DNA of 48,455 bases from an uncultured Verrucomicrobiales bacterium. GTDB lineage: Bacteria > Verrucomicrobiota > Verrucomicrobiia > Verrucomicrobiales > Akkermansiaceae. Of the stretch, positions 9,479 to 18,599 are shown piece by piece. The translations under genes and the position numbers were made by a program. The stretch spans positions 1 to 48,455 of the forward strand of contig CALEOR010000139.1 of the NCBI GenBank assembly GCA_937910245.1, given 5' to 3'. The stretch's first letter is position 1, and each line of letters begins with the position of its first letter. The notes beneath the pieces were generated by a model. That model saw only the letters and a list, made by a program, of their open reading frames with translations, did no database searches and had not been told where the DNA came from.

Positions 9479-10585
9479 CTAAAACGACTCCATCGATTCC
9501 CACTCCGTGCGCTTTCCGCCGATTCTCTCAAAGATCAAGCCCATCGCTTTCTTCATCTCAAAATCCTGCGGACGATACTGCTCCACTTCCGATTTACCGT
9601 CCTCGTCATACCTCATCCGCCACTGAAAGATGGGGAGCATTTGCTTCCCCTCAACATCCCGCACCTCGCCCAAGCGCATATCGACCATCACCACCCTGCC
9701 ATCCGGAAGCTCCCGCGCCACCCAGTGCCCCTCCGTGAACCACTTCAAGGCCTCAAACATCTTTTCGCCCTCAAATTTCGCCGCCAGCTCCCGCTGCTTC
9801 GGCACATAATCATACCCCGCCGGACCGTCATCAAAGGGCGACCAATACGTCAGAAAATACCCTGCCTTCGTCTCGATCAGGCCCCGCCAAAGCAGGGCAT
9901 TTGAAACAGTCGGCGCCACCGTCACCAGGGTTCCGCCCGGCACCGCCTCGACCATCTGCGTCTTCATCTGATCCACCGCCCAGAGCTTCATCACCAAGGT
10001 AAAAACAACATACAAACAACTCACCGAGATCGCCGCCGCCGCACACCTTCGCGTGAACTCTGGAAACTCCGGCTCCTCATCCGGATCCTCACCCTCCTTC
10101 CGCCAGGTTCGCCTCGCCCACCCATGCGCCACCACCTTCCACGGCCAGTAGAAAAGACACACTAGCAAGGGCAGCGTGAAAAAGAGATCGATGATGAAGA
10201 CATTGCTCCATGCCACCCGACGATCCGAGAAGGGCTCAAAAACCTGCGTCCCGTAACTCGTAAAAACATCGATCAAAACGTGTGTGCTCCATGCCAGAAA
10301 AACAAACCACCCCGCCCGCCGCGCACTCACCCCTTTTTCCCGATGCACCCACGCCAACGGCTTCGCAAAAACCAAGGCCGCCACAAACATCATGACAATT
10401 GAATGTGAAATTCCACGATGCCAACGCAAGCGCTCCGCTTGATCCATAAACGGCATCAACAGGATATCCAAATCCGGCAAGGTCCCGAAGAAAAGGCCCC
10501 ACGCCATCCCCTTCCAGCCAATTTTTCGGCCGAGCACCAGCTCGCCCACCACGCCTCCAAGGGCGGCTTGTGTGATCGAATCCAC
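9479..10585 (-). CDS. YdjM/DUF457-like membrane-bound metal-dependent hydrolase with C-terminal extension
   Basis: A 368-aa ORF. The N-terminus MDSITQAALGG...GTLPDLD...HRGISHS is typical of the LexA-regulated YdjM family. It has multiple TM helices plus a ~170-aa soluble C-terminal domain. Confidence 0.7.
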   Translation of the reverse strand: MDSITQAALGGVVGELVLGRKIGWKGMAWGLFFGTLPDLDILLMPFMDQAERLRWHRGISHSIVMMFVAALVFAKPLAWVHREKGVSARRAGWFVFLAWSTHVLIDVFTSYGTQVFEPFSDRRVAWSNVFIIDLFFTLPLLVCLFYWPWKVVAHGWARRTWRKEGEDPDEEPEFPEFTRRCAAAAISVSCLYVVFTLVMKLWAVDQMKTQMVEAVPGGTLVTVAPTVSNALLWRGLIETKAGYFLTYWSPFDDGPAGYDYVPKQRELAAKFEGEKMFEALKWFTEGHWVARELPDGRVVMVDMRLGEVRDVEGKQMLPIFQWRMRYDEDGKSEVEQYRPQDFEMKKAMGLIFERIGGKRTEWESMESF

Positions 10586-10604
10586 GCGCAGAAACTACGC
10601 CCGA

Positions 10605-10973
10605 TTACCCTTTCATCAAGAGCATCCTCACTCCCACCAAAATCAGCAGGATCGCAAAACCCTTCTGCAGCTGCGTATTCGACAAACTCCGCATCAAATC
10701 GGCACCAAACCACGACGCCACTGCGGCGCCCACCGCGGTCACCGCCACCACCCGCCAATCGATCAGATCGGAATTCACGGCATTATTGATCGTCCCCGAA
10801 AGCCCCGCAACCACCACCACCGCCAGCGAAGTCGCCACCGCCACCTTCTGGGTCATCCCCAGCGCCACAATAAATGCCGGCACCATAATGATCCCACCAC
10901 CGACTCCGCAAAGGGCCCCCACCAGTCCAGCAGCCGCTCCCACCAAGAGCCCCGTGATCAGTAATTTGGTCAT
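10605..10973 (-). CDS. Half-size (4-TM) TauE/SafE (TSUP) family permease
   Basis: I chose the start at MTKLLITG (ATG at 10973); the 49 codons upstream have no membrane character. The motifs GVGGGIIMVP and KVAVATS are typical of TSUP. The product is ~122 aa, against ~250 aa for canonical members. Confidence 0.7.
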   Translation of the reverse strand: MTKLLITGLLVGAAAGLVGALCGVGGGIIMVPAFIVALGMTQKVAVATSLAVVVVAGLSGTINNAVNSDLIDWRVVAVTAVGAAVASWFGADLMRSLSNTQLQKGFAILLILVGVRMLLMKG

Positions 10974-11176
10974 GCCCAAGATAGAAGGCCCACATGAGCA
11001 TTCCTGAAAGACCAAAAAACCACCTCTAGATCGGGCGTCGCACGTAATCACCCCTGTATGAGAAATAGCTCCAGTTTTTGTCCGTTCGCGAATTCCATCC
11101 CGGGCAAGCCCTTCAACCATCGTGCGCTCCTTCGCTCCGAAGAAGCGATGCCATCGATTTCAAAGGCAGGAGTTTG

Positions 11177-11737
11177 TCACGACCCCAGTAGCTCCGTCCG
11201 CGTGAAAATGCTCACCACCGGCACTCCGTCCGCTTCAATCGCCGGGCGACCTCCTTCTTCCCGATCGACCAGGACCAGGCAAAAGACCACTTCACCACCT
11301 GCCGCGCGGATCGCTTCGATCGCCTTCAGCGTCGACCCACCGGTCGTGATAACATCATCGACCACCACCACCTTGTCGCCTTCTTTGAAATTTCCCTCAA
11401 TCTGCTTTCCGCGTCCGTGGCCCTTCGGCTCCTTGCGCACCGTGAAGACCTGAAGCGCCTTCTCGTGTTCCGCGCTCGCCATTCCCACCACCAGGGAGAT
11501 CGGATCCGCTCCCATCGTCATTCCGCCGATGGCATCAATCTCCAGACCTTCAGCCTCGATCTTCTCCCGCACCAAATTCCAACCGGCTTCGCCAACCCAC
11601 TTCGCGCCCCGACTGTCCATCGCCGTCACCCGGCAATCGACATAGAGATCACTCTTCTTTCCGGAAGCCAGGGTAAAATCCCCTGTGCGAACCGACTTCT
11701 CCAACAACATCTCCTTCAACTGATTCTTCGCGCTCAT
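11177..11737 (-). CDS. pyrE: Orotate phosphoribosyltransferase
   Basis: A 186-aa ORF with FTLASGKKSDLYVDCR and the PRPP-binding motif VVVVDDVITTGGST. Confidence 0.92.
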   Translation of the reverse strand: MSAKNQLKEMLLEKSVRTGDFTLASGKKSDLYVDCRVTAMDSRGAKWVGEAGWNLVREKIEAEGLEIDAIGGMTMGADPISLVVGMASAEHEKALQVFTVRKEPKGHGRGKQIEGNFKEGDKVVVVDDVITTGGSTLKAIEAIRAAGGEVVFCLVLVDREEGGRPAIEADGVPVVSIFTRTELLGS

Positions 11738-11871
11738 CAGGCCGGACTGTGCCGGATTCGCCTTCGAAACTCAATCCCTGCGAAGAGAAATATCAAACGC
11801 ACCAAGACATGATCGATCGTCATCTCTGTATCTGAATTGCCAGAAAACCCATCATATTCTAGGGTGTTTAT

Positions 11872-13188
11872 ATGAGAATTTTCGTGCGTGTCATCGCTTT
11901 CATTTCGCTGATGTCCCCCGTTTTTGGAGAGGAACAGGCACAGGCTCTTCGGAAGAAAAGCGACGCAGGTGATCTGAGTGCCACCGTCGAACTGGCCCAC
12001 CTCTCTCTCCGATCTAAAAGCGGAGTGGAGTACAATCCCGGGTTCATCTTTGCATCCTTTGAGAAAGGAGCCCAGGCAGGGAGTGCACGGGCACACTACG
12101 GCCTGGCGAAATGCTACGTCCAGGGTATTGGCACCAAATCCGATCCGAAGCTCGCTCTAAAACATGCCCAAGCCTCGGCCGACAAAGGGGACGCGCAGGG
12201 AATCCGCTACCTCGGAAACTGTTACCTTTATGGTCGCGGGATGGATGAACCTGATCCAGAAAAAGGCATCTCCCTTCTCAAAAAGTCCATCGCCATGGGA
12301 AACGAAATGGCGGAGTACACCTACGCCTATTACCTCACACGGAATCTCAAGGACCGTGGGTCAAACGAAGAAGGACTCCGGATCGCGCAAAGCCTGGTCG
12401 AGCGAAAGCACCCGGACGGCCTCCATCTCGTTGGAACTCTCTATCACGATGGCGTCGGAGGGCTTCCCAGGGATCGGGAACAAGCCATGAAACACTATCG
12501 CCTCGCTGCCGGGCAGAATCTCGCCGGCGGACTTCATGAGGTGGGCAACATGCTGTTTCAGGACAAGAAGCCTCAAGAGGCGATCGGGTGGCTCGTCAAG
12601 GCCATCAATCGCGGCTCAAGAAACGCCCCATGGCCGCTCTCTCAAATCATGAAGGCGGACCCCGACCTTCAGGAGCATCCCTTGCAATGGGTGGGATTCG
12701 CCGAAACCGGCGCAGATGCCGGCAATAAGTGGGCACAGGAGGCTGTCGCAAATTTCTACTACATGGAAGGGCCGGAGGAGAAGAGAGACTGGATCAAGGC
12801 TTCCAAATACGCCTTGAAGGCAGCCGGGCAAGGACGGTGCCGTTGCTGGGATTGGCTTGCATTCATGAGAATCCACGGGAAACACGGATTAGAGAAGAAT
12901 CCAAAACTCGCGCTCACCTACTGTGAAAACCACTTTGAACATGGATACCATAGCGCCTCAAACGCCGGACATATTCTCCTCAACGAAGACGTCTTCAACA
13001 AGACACGGGCCCATCGAATCAAGGGCTACGCCGCGCTGCTCAGTGCCAATAAAAAAGGCGCGAAATTCGATCAAAAGTATCTCAAGGCTAGAGCCAATGG
13101 TGCGGGTATGAATGCAACAGAAATCAAGGAAGCCACGGCCCTCTCTCAAACCGGTTTCCCAAAACCCGGTGATAAGATGCTGGAGTAG
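11872..13188 (+). CDS. Sel1-like repeat (SLR/TPR-family) secreted protein
   Basis: A 438-aa ORF with a signal peptide. It carries repeated Sel1 units (A..LG.CY..G.G...D...A..W..KAA..G). Confidence 0.8.
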   Translation: MRIFVRVIAFISLMSPVFGEEQAQALRKKSDAGDLSATVELAHLSLRSKSGVEYNPGFIFASFEKGAQAGSARAHYGLAKCYVQGIGTKSDPKLALKHAQASADKGDAQGIRYLGNCYLYGRGMDEPDPEKGISLLKKSIAMGNEMAEYTYAYYLTRNLKDRGSNEEGLRIAQSLVERKHPDGLHLVGTLYHDGVGGLPRDREQAMKHYRLAAGQNLAGGLHEVGNMLFQDKKPQEAIGWLVKAINRGSRNAPWPLSQIMKADPDLQEHPLQWVGFAETGADAGNKWAQEAVANFYYMEGPEEKRDWIKASKYALKAAGQGRCRCWDWLAFMRIHGKHGLEKNPKLALTYCENHFEHGYHSASNAGHILLNEDVFNKTRAHRIKGYAALLSANKKGAKFDQKYLKARANGAGMNATEIKEATALSQTGFPKPGDKMLE

Positions 13189-13199
13189 CACGCAATAAG

Positions 13200-13868
13200 C
13201 TACTCTTTCCCCCGGGCGATCTCTTTTGACTTCCAGAAATCAAAATCAAGACGATGCCCATCGAAATTCTTTGGAATCGGCTTGCCCGTTCCAAGGACGA
13301 GATTTGTTTCAGCTTCCTCGCTCCCATTCTTACTATGACGCGCGTATCGAATGAGTAATTGAGTGTCGCTGGTTTGCTTGTGCAACACCTCCATCAACTT
13401 TGCCGCGCCATCTTCACCATCGCAAAGAACCCCATCCACCGACAAAATAATATCCCCCTTCTTCAACGTGCTCCCGGCCGCAGCCGTCCCTTCCTCCACC
13501 CCGGCGACCAGGGCACGGGTCGCAAGTTTCTTATTCAAGGTCACGATTTTTGATTTTAGGATCAGACCGGTTTGAGGGGCACCAATCCCCTTCTCCAGTC
13601 TTAAGAAGATCTGCTCCAATACTCCAGAGGCCCGCCGGGCAATTTCCGGATCTATGTTCTCTTCCGCCACAAGGAGACAATCGATCACTTCATCTCGGGT
13701 CTCCAAAGTTGCCTCCACCAAATCTTGCGCTGCAGCTTGCCGTATTTCGAAATCCTGGTCACCCAAGGCTTCAATCAAGGGATCTTCGACAGCCGAAACA
13801 ACGGCAAAGCCCAAGAGGACAACCAATCCTCCAACATGACAAAGTTGACTGTAGAAGTGTCCCATCAC
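13200..13868 (-). CDS. PDZ domain-containing protein with N-terminal HEAT-like helices
   Basis: A 222-aa ORF with an N-terminal TM/signal segment. The PDZ-like core is LVAGVEEGTAAAGSTLKKGDIILSVDG. Confidence 0.6.
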   Translation of the reverse strand: MMGHFYSQLCHVGGLVVLLGFAVVSAVEDPLIEALGDQDFEIRQAAAQDLVEATLETRDEVIDCLLVAEENIDPEIARRASGVLEQIFLRLEKGIGAPQTGLILKSKIVTLNKKLATRALVAGVEEGTAAAGSTLKKGDIILSVDGVLCDGEDGAAKLMEVLHKQTSDTQLLIRYARHSKNGSEEAETNLVLGTGKPIPKNFDGHRLDFDFWKSKEIARGKE

Positions 13869-14089
13869 AAGAGCACCCTATCAAAGAATGGGAAAAACTG
13901 CAATACAAGGAGAGAACCGCAGGAAGACTTTCTCAGTCAACCGCCAGGGAAGGAAAAGTTTGATTCCTAACCCATGATTGATACCCGTTTTTACGTAGGC
14001 TCGGCGGTATTCCGGGATTGAAGTCGCTCAAAAATATGAACATCTAGCAGGACCCGAGGGTTCTCCCAAATTCCCTCAAGAAAAAGGAT

Positions 14090-16345
14090 ATGAAAAATCA
14101 CACCTACCTCACTCTCTTATTTTCTCTCTTCTTCATGGGCTCCTCCTCCGCGATCATGGAGCGGGGAGACTATCCCTGGACCACCACGCTTCGCAGCTTC
14201 TACGATCAGGAGATGACCAAGGAATTGGGAGATGTGCGATGGCTCCTGAACCTCGGGCCCACCGGAATCCGTGCCCGCATCTATCCGGACAAGCCGGATG
14301 AACTCGTCGTGAAGTATGTCTTCCAGGATGCCAGGTCACCGGCAAAAGGGCTCATCAATATTGGAGACATCATTATTGGTGCCAATGGTAAGAAATTCAA
14401 AACCTCCCACCGCTTCGGGCGCAATCTCAGCGGCGGTGGCGGCTGGGACGGCCCCATGCTGGAACTCGCCGGGCACCTCGAAGACAGCCAGGGCAAGGAC
14501 GGAAAACTTGAGCTTATCATCCATCCCGGTGGCTCCAAAACGACCCAGGAAACCGTTGCCTTGCAGCTTCGCCCGGTGGGTCGATTCGCACCCACTTTCC
14601 CCTATAATTGCGAACGCTCCAGCATGATGCTCGAAGAGCTCTGCGACTTCATGGTGATGGACTACGAGTCGTCAAACTGGAAGAAAGCCAACGCCTTCTA
14701 CGGTGGTCCTCACGGCCACGCCCACCAACTCCTCGCGCTCATGGGGAGCGGCATTCCAAAGTATGATCGCCTGGTCAAAGAGAACATGTCGAAATACCAC
14801 GGGAAGAGATACGACCCGGCTGGCGGCGGCTTTGCGATGTGGGGCTGGGGATTCGATGCCATCGTGATGGGAGAATATTACCTCCTCACCCAGGACCGTA
14901 AATTGAAGCCCGCCATGGAATCCCTCGCCCTCGCCATGCCCCAGGGCTGCCACAATGGCGATGGCATCTACACCCACCGCTCCCAGATCAATCTCAGGGT
15001 CACCGGTCGGAAACCCTACGCTTCCATTGCCGCGATCTCCGGCCTCCAGATGGTCGGAATGAGCCTCTTCCGTGAGGCTGAACTTCCCTTCGACGAACGA
15101 CTCTACAGCAACATCCATCAACACTATCTCAACAGCACTTCCCCCGAAGCGGTGAACATCGCTTACGCCTTCGGCAATGCCGACCGTCTCAATAACGCCG
15201 ACATCAGCCATCGACACGCCATCATTCAACTCGTCGATCACAAGCAGGGTTTAAGTGGCCGTGGCCCGGGATACATTTGCCCCACCGGAATGGACGGCAT
15301 TGGTGAATATGAAGTGGTCTGGCCCACCAAGGCGGACCCCCGCTGGAAGCCCCTCGATTGGCTTGAAAAGGAAGCTGGCACCAACATCCTCACCGAACAC
15401 AAAGGCGATGGGCTCCGCCGCGTTGACCGCAACAGCCCGCGCTACAAGGTCGCACCCGAGCCCACCAAGGCCTACAAAACTTCCAAAACCGGAACCCACC
15501 TCGCCCCTGTCGGAATGGGTGCGGTTGCCCACCTCATCGGAAGCCAGCCGGAGTCCTGGCAGCATCTCGGAAACCATGCCGCCAACACCTGCGTCATCGG
15601 ACCAGGCAATGGTTTCGATGGCCACGCCGCCTCGAACCTGCACGGCTTCTGGAGCGTCGTGGGAGCCGCCCGCAGCGACCAGCCGAAGAAGCTGAGGGAA
15701 TACTTCGACTACATGAAGACCTTCCTCATCCTATCGGAGACGCACAATGGCGGGCTTATCCTGCAACCCTGGGGACGTGACCGCCCCAACTGTAACTCCG
15801 ACATCTCGTATGGGCCTCGTACTTTACCCACCGCGACCGGAGCCATCCTCCTCGGGCTCGGAAAACAAAAACTTCGCATCACCGGATCAGGACTAGCCTC
15901 AAAAACTGTCGCCACTTCTCCAACCAAAAAGCAAGGCTTCGGCAGAACCGCCCGCATCCTCCCGGAGAAGTATTTTCCCCTTCTCGACAAGGCTCTCTTG
16001 AATGCTCTCGGCGAACTCAGTCTTAATGGCGACCTCAAAGCCCTTCCGATGACGATCACCAAGGTAGAAACAAAGGTCCTTCTCACCAAGGTCGAGAGCG
16101 ACACCACCTTGATCTTCGAATCTACGACGAACAAAAAGCAAACCTCAATCCTCTACAAAGAGCTGGCCCTGGAAGACCAGGCCCTCCTCTCGCGATTAGT
16201 GGCAAGGATCCGCCCGGCAAGCAAAGACGCGCAAGCCTACGCCGGCGTCTTCATGGAACGAACCGGCGACACCAAAACCGCCGATCAATACTTCCAAAAG
16301 TCCGGCACCGAGCTCCGCCAACAGATCGAAGGGCTCTTCGAGTAA
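14090..16345 (+). CDS. Secreted protein with PDZ-like N-domain and alpha/alpha-toroid-like region; paralog of 45641-47077
   Basis: A 751-aa ORF with a signal peptide. The segment WLLNLGPTGIRARIY...GDIIIGANGKKF...FPYNCERS aligns by eye with WLINLGITGARAKIH...GDRILGVNGTPF...FPYNCPKT of the 45641-47077 protein. Confidence 0.7.
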   Translation: MKNHTYLTLLFSLFFMGSSSAIMERGDYPWTTTLRSFYDQEMTKELGDVRWLLNLGPTGIRARIYPDKPDELVVKYVFQDARSPAKGLINIGDIIIGANGKKFKTSHRFGRNLSGGGGWDGPMLELAGHLEDSQGKDGKLELIIHPGGSKTTQETVALQLRPVGRFAPTFPYNCERSSMMLEELCDFMVMDYESSNWKKANAFYGGPHGHAHQLLALMGSGIPKYDRLVKENMSKYHGKRYDPAGGGFAMWGWGFDAIVMGEYYLLTQDRKLKPAMESLALAMPQGCHNGDGIYTHRSQINLRVTGRKPYASIAAISGLQMVGMSLFREAELPFDERLYSNIHQHYLNSTSPEAVNIAYAFGNADRLNNADISHRHAIIQLVDHKQGLSGRGPGYICPTGMDGIGEYEVVWPTKADPRWKPLDWLEKEAGTNILTEHKGDGLRRVDRNSPRYKVAPEPTKAYKTSKTGTHLAPVGMGAVAHLIGSQPESWQHLGNHAANTCVIGPGNGFDGHAASNLHGFWSVVGAARSDQPKKLREYFDYMKTFLILSETHNGGLILQPWGRDRPNCNSDISYGPRTLPTATGAILLGLGKQKLRITGSGLASKTVATSPTKKQGFGRTARILPEKYFPLLDKALLNALGELSLNGDLKALPMTITKVETKVLLTKVESDTTLIFESTTNKKQTSILYKELALEDQALLSRLVARIRPASKDAQAYAGVFMERTGDTKTADQYFQKSGTELRQQIEGLFE

Positions 16346-16517
16346 GCCAACTCCACTCGCAAAGGGCGGCTTGAACATCTTACAATGACCTGACACAAGA
16401 TCCTGTTTGGCAGTCTGTCGGTGTCCTGACAAAAAGGATCCCACCTACCGAAACTCATCCACGGATTGGCGTTTTCTTTGTTCATCGATCGATAATTGAA
16501 CTAGGATCATCACCACG

Positions 16518-17039
16518 ATGACCGATCTCGTCCTCAATGAAGACATTCACCAGCGTGTCATCGTCGAGATGCTGCCGCGGGCCGAGCGCTTCCTCTGGAT
16601 CGTCACCGCCGATCTCAAGGACCTGCATGTCAAAAAAGGCCGCCGCTTTGTCCCCCTTCTCGAGATCCTCTCCGACCTCGTTAGTGAAGGAATCGCGGTT
16701 CGGCTCTTCCACGCCAAGGAACCGGGCCCACGATTTCGGGAAGACTTTGACCGTTACCCCGCCCTCATCGAGAGTGACCTCTTCGAGCGTATTCTCTGCC
16801 CCCGCATTCACACCAAGGCCATCATCGTCGATGGCCGTGAAGCCTTCATCGGGTCCGCCAATCTCACCGGAGCAGGCATTGGAGCCAAAAGTCCGCTGCG
16901 ACGAAACTTCGAAGCCGGATTTGTGACCGACGAATCAAAGCACCTCGAACCTCTCCTCGAATGGGTCGATGCCCTCTACCTCGGCGATTTCTGTCTCAAA
17001 TGCCAGCGTCGCGCGGTCTGCCCCGACCCCATTGCATGA
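16518..17039 (+). CDS. Single-HKD phospholipase D superfamily protein (Nuc-like)
   Basis: A 173-aa ORF with one HxKxxxxD...GSxN motif (IHTKAIIVDGREAFIGSANLT). The C-terminal Cys cluster is CLKCQRRAVCP. Confidence 0.8.
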   Translation: MTDLVLNEDIHQRVIVEMLPRAERFLWIVTADLKDLHVKKGRRFVPLLEILSDLVSEGIAVRLFHAKEPGPRFREDFDRYPALIESDLFERILCPRIHTKAIIVDGREAFIGSANLTGAGIGAKSPLRRNFEAGFVTDESKHLEPLLEWVDALYLGDFCLKCQRRAVCPDPIA

Positions 17040-17080
17040 CATGTTTGAATAATCTGGAGCTGAACTCCGTCCCACCGTTC

Positions 17081-17599
17081 ATGTCTTTGCTCCGCCTTTT
17101 CCTTGCCGCCATCCTGACCACCTTCGCAAGCGCCGAAAAAGTCACCCTAATCACCGGGAACCGTTCTCAAAGCAGTTCCCGGCCTGCCTTGTCTTCAAAA
17201 TCCATCACGCTGGAGGCCGAGGACATCGCCACCGCCCTCTACGTCAGCAACAACGCCTTCATAGACATCACCGTCGGTGGCACCGTGATTCGTCTTGATG
17301 CCAACAGCACCACCCAGATCACTCTGCCTGTCATCGCCGGCCCCGCCATGATTCGCATCGCCAACTTCAACTCCACCAACGCCTCCCTTGCCACTTTCTC
17401 CATCAAGCGGGCCAGTGACCCGGAAACCCGACCTTCCGGGGTCGTCGTCATTCCGGATGATGGGAGCGGTGATCGCGAGGTTCATCTTGAATCCAGCGCC
17501 GACCTGGTGACCTGGATCCCCACTCAGACCGGCCTCTTCAACTCTGCCAATGCCTCCCGCTTCTTCCGGGTCCGGGTCACCAAAAGGCCCACTGACTAG
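17081..17599 (+). CDS. Hypothetical secreted protein
   Basis: I chose the start at MSLLRLFLAAILTTFASAEK, a clear signal peptide. The C-terminal module SSADLVTWIP...RFFRVRV resembles the C-terminus of the LamG protein. Confidence 0.6.
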   Translation: MSLLRLFLAAILTTFASAEKVTLITGNRSQSSSRPALSSKSITLEAEDIATALYVSNNAFIDITVGGTVIRLDANSTTQITLPVIAGPAMIRIANFNSTNASLATFSIKRASDPETRPSGVVVIPDDGSGDREVHLESSADLVTWIPTQTGLFNSANASRFFRVRVTKRPTD

Positions 17600-17702
17600 T
17601 TTTGTAACGAACATCACACTTTTCTTTGTCACATCTTTCGAAAGAGCCCGTTTCTAAAGATAACGAGTCGAGTACGTTGCGCGTGCCTTCTTGCTTAAGC
17701 CT

Positions 17703-17754
17703 ATTCCCCGTTCTAGTCGCTCTGAGTGGAGTGCCCGGAACGGGGAATTTTTTT
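17703..17754 (+). terminator. Rho-independent terminator-like hairpin
   Basis: An 11-bp perfect stem, ATTCCCCGTTC (17703-17713) pairing with GAACGGGGAAT (17738-17748). The loop is 24 nt and a run of 7 T follows. It lies ~100 nt after the stop at 17599. Confidence 0.5.
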
Positions 17755-17883
17755 GAAATGCGGGCCCCGGGGCTTCCCCCTCCGGGAGATCCCAAATCGA
17801 AGGCTCCTTTTGAACCACGGATCTTCACGAATCATGGTTGAGGTGCCTGACTATTGATTGGTTTCGAAATCCCGGTTCTTGAG

Positions 17884-17910
17884 ATTCGTGAGAATTCGTG
17901 CCGATCCGTG
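17884..17910 (+). promoter_or_regulatory. Three direct repeats ATTCGTG/ATTCGTG/ATCCGTG at exact 10-bp phasing
   Basis: The sequence is gagATTCGTGagaATTCGTGccgATCCGTGg, with repeat starts at 17884, 17894 and 17904. This geometry is typical of OmpR/PhoB-type response-regulator sites. Confidence 0.35.
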
Positions 17911-17987
17911 GTTCTGCCTCCCCAGCTGCCCTTGTCGGGTTGGTTTATCGAAATGAATGAGTCGCTCGGAGATTTTTTGAAGTTCCA

Positions 17988-18015
17988 TGATCCTTTTTGC
18001 GAGGTAACGACGCAT
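17988..18015 (+). promoter_or_regulatory. Candidate ECF-type promoter TGATCC-N16-ACGCAT
   Basis: One of seven copies of the bipartite motif, with a T-run directly after the -35-like box. An ATG lies 6 nt downstream (18022, 22-codon ORF), and the ATG of the 121-aa ORF lies 29 nt downstream. Confidence 0.5.
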
Positions 18016-18044
18016 GATTTCATGAACCCCAATTACAATTCGAG

Positions 18045-18410
18045 ATGCATCACAATTCCACCACCCTGTCTGAAACTCCCACGATCATAGCCAACCAGCG
18101 CTGTGGATCGATCAAGGCAAACCTTTCAATAGGTCAAATCTTAAGGCCCTGGATACGGAGCTTCTTTGCCGCGCTTTTGATCGGATTTTTGGGCGGAAAT
18201 TTGGTCTCATGCCAGACCTTGGAGATGTATGAGCCGGACGTAAGAGTCGAGCTCAAGTCTTCGCCGCCCGATTCAAATTCCAATTACAACCCAAATTCGG
18301 CAGGAAGAGGACACCATACCTACGCGCATTTTGTGAACGTTGTTCGGGCACCATTTTTCGTGTTGATGGCAACCGGGGAGGTCTTGGCACTATTCTTTGG
18401 TGGTCCTTAA
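18045..18410 (+). CDS. Hypothetical small lipoprotein
   Basis: A 121-aa ORF with an internal signal-like segment and lipobox (FFAALLIGFLGGNLVSC). It lies directly downstream of a copy of the conserved promoter-like motif. No family was recognised. Confidence 0.4.
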   Translation: MHHNSTTLSETPTIIANQRCGSIKANLSIGQILRPWIRSFFAALLIGFLGGNLVSCQTLEMYEPDVRVELKSSPPDSNSNYNPNSAGRGHHTYAHFVNVVRAPFFVLMATGEVLALFFGGP

Positions 18411-18599
18411 AAAATATTTGCAAGCAGAGGCATGATCCGTGGGTGTTCCCTGATGAATTCGGAAAAATATCTGGAAATGGTCTTTTTGGACTATGAAATC
18501 TCATCTGGAAAACTTGGTTTTCCAATGAACTCCTTTGTGATTTTAGAAGGGTACCAGGCTTGAGATTGACGTTAATAATCTTTCTGATAATTTTTATAT

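Noticed and set aside
17861-17882. GGTTTCGAAATCCCGG, which resembles a tRNA T-arm (GGTTCGAATCC).
   Set aside because: It carries extra bases relative to the T-loop consensus. No acceptor, D or anticodon stems can be drawn around it.
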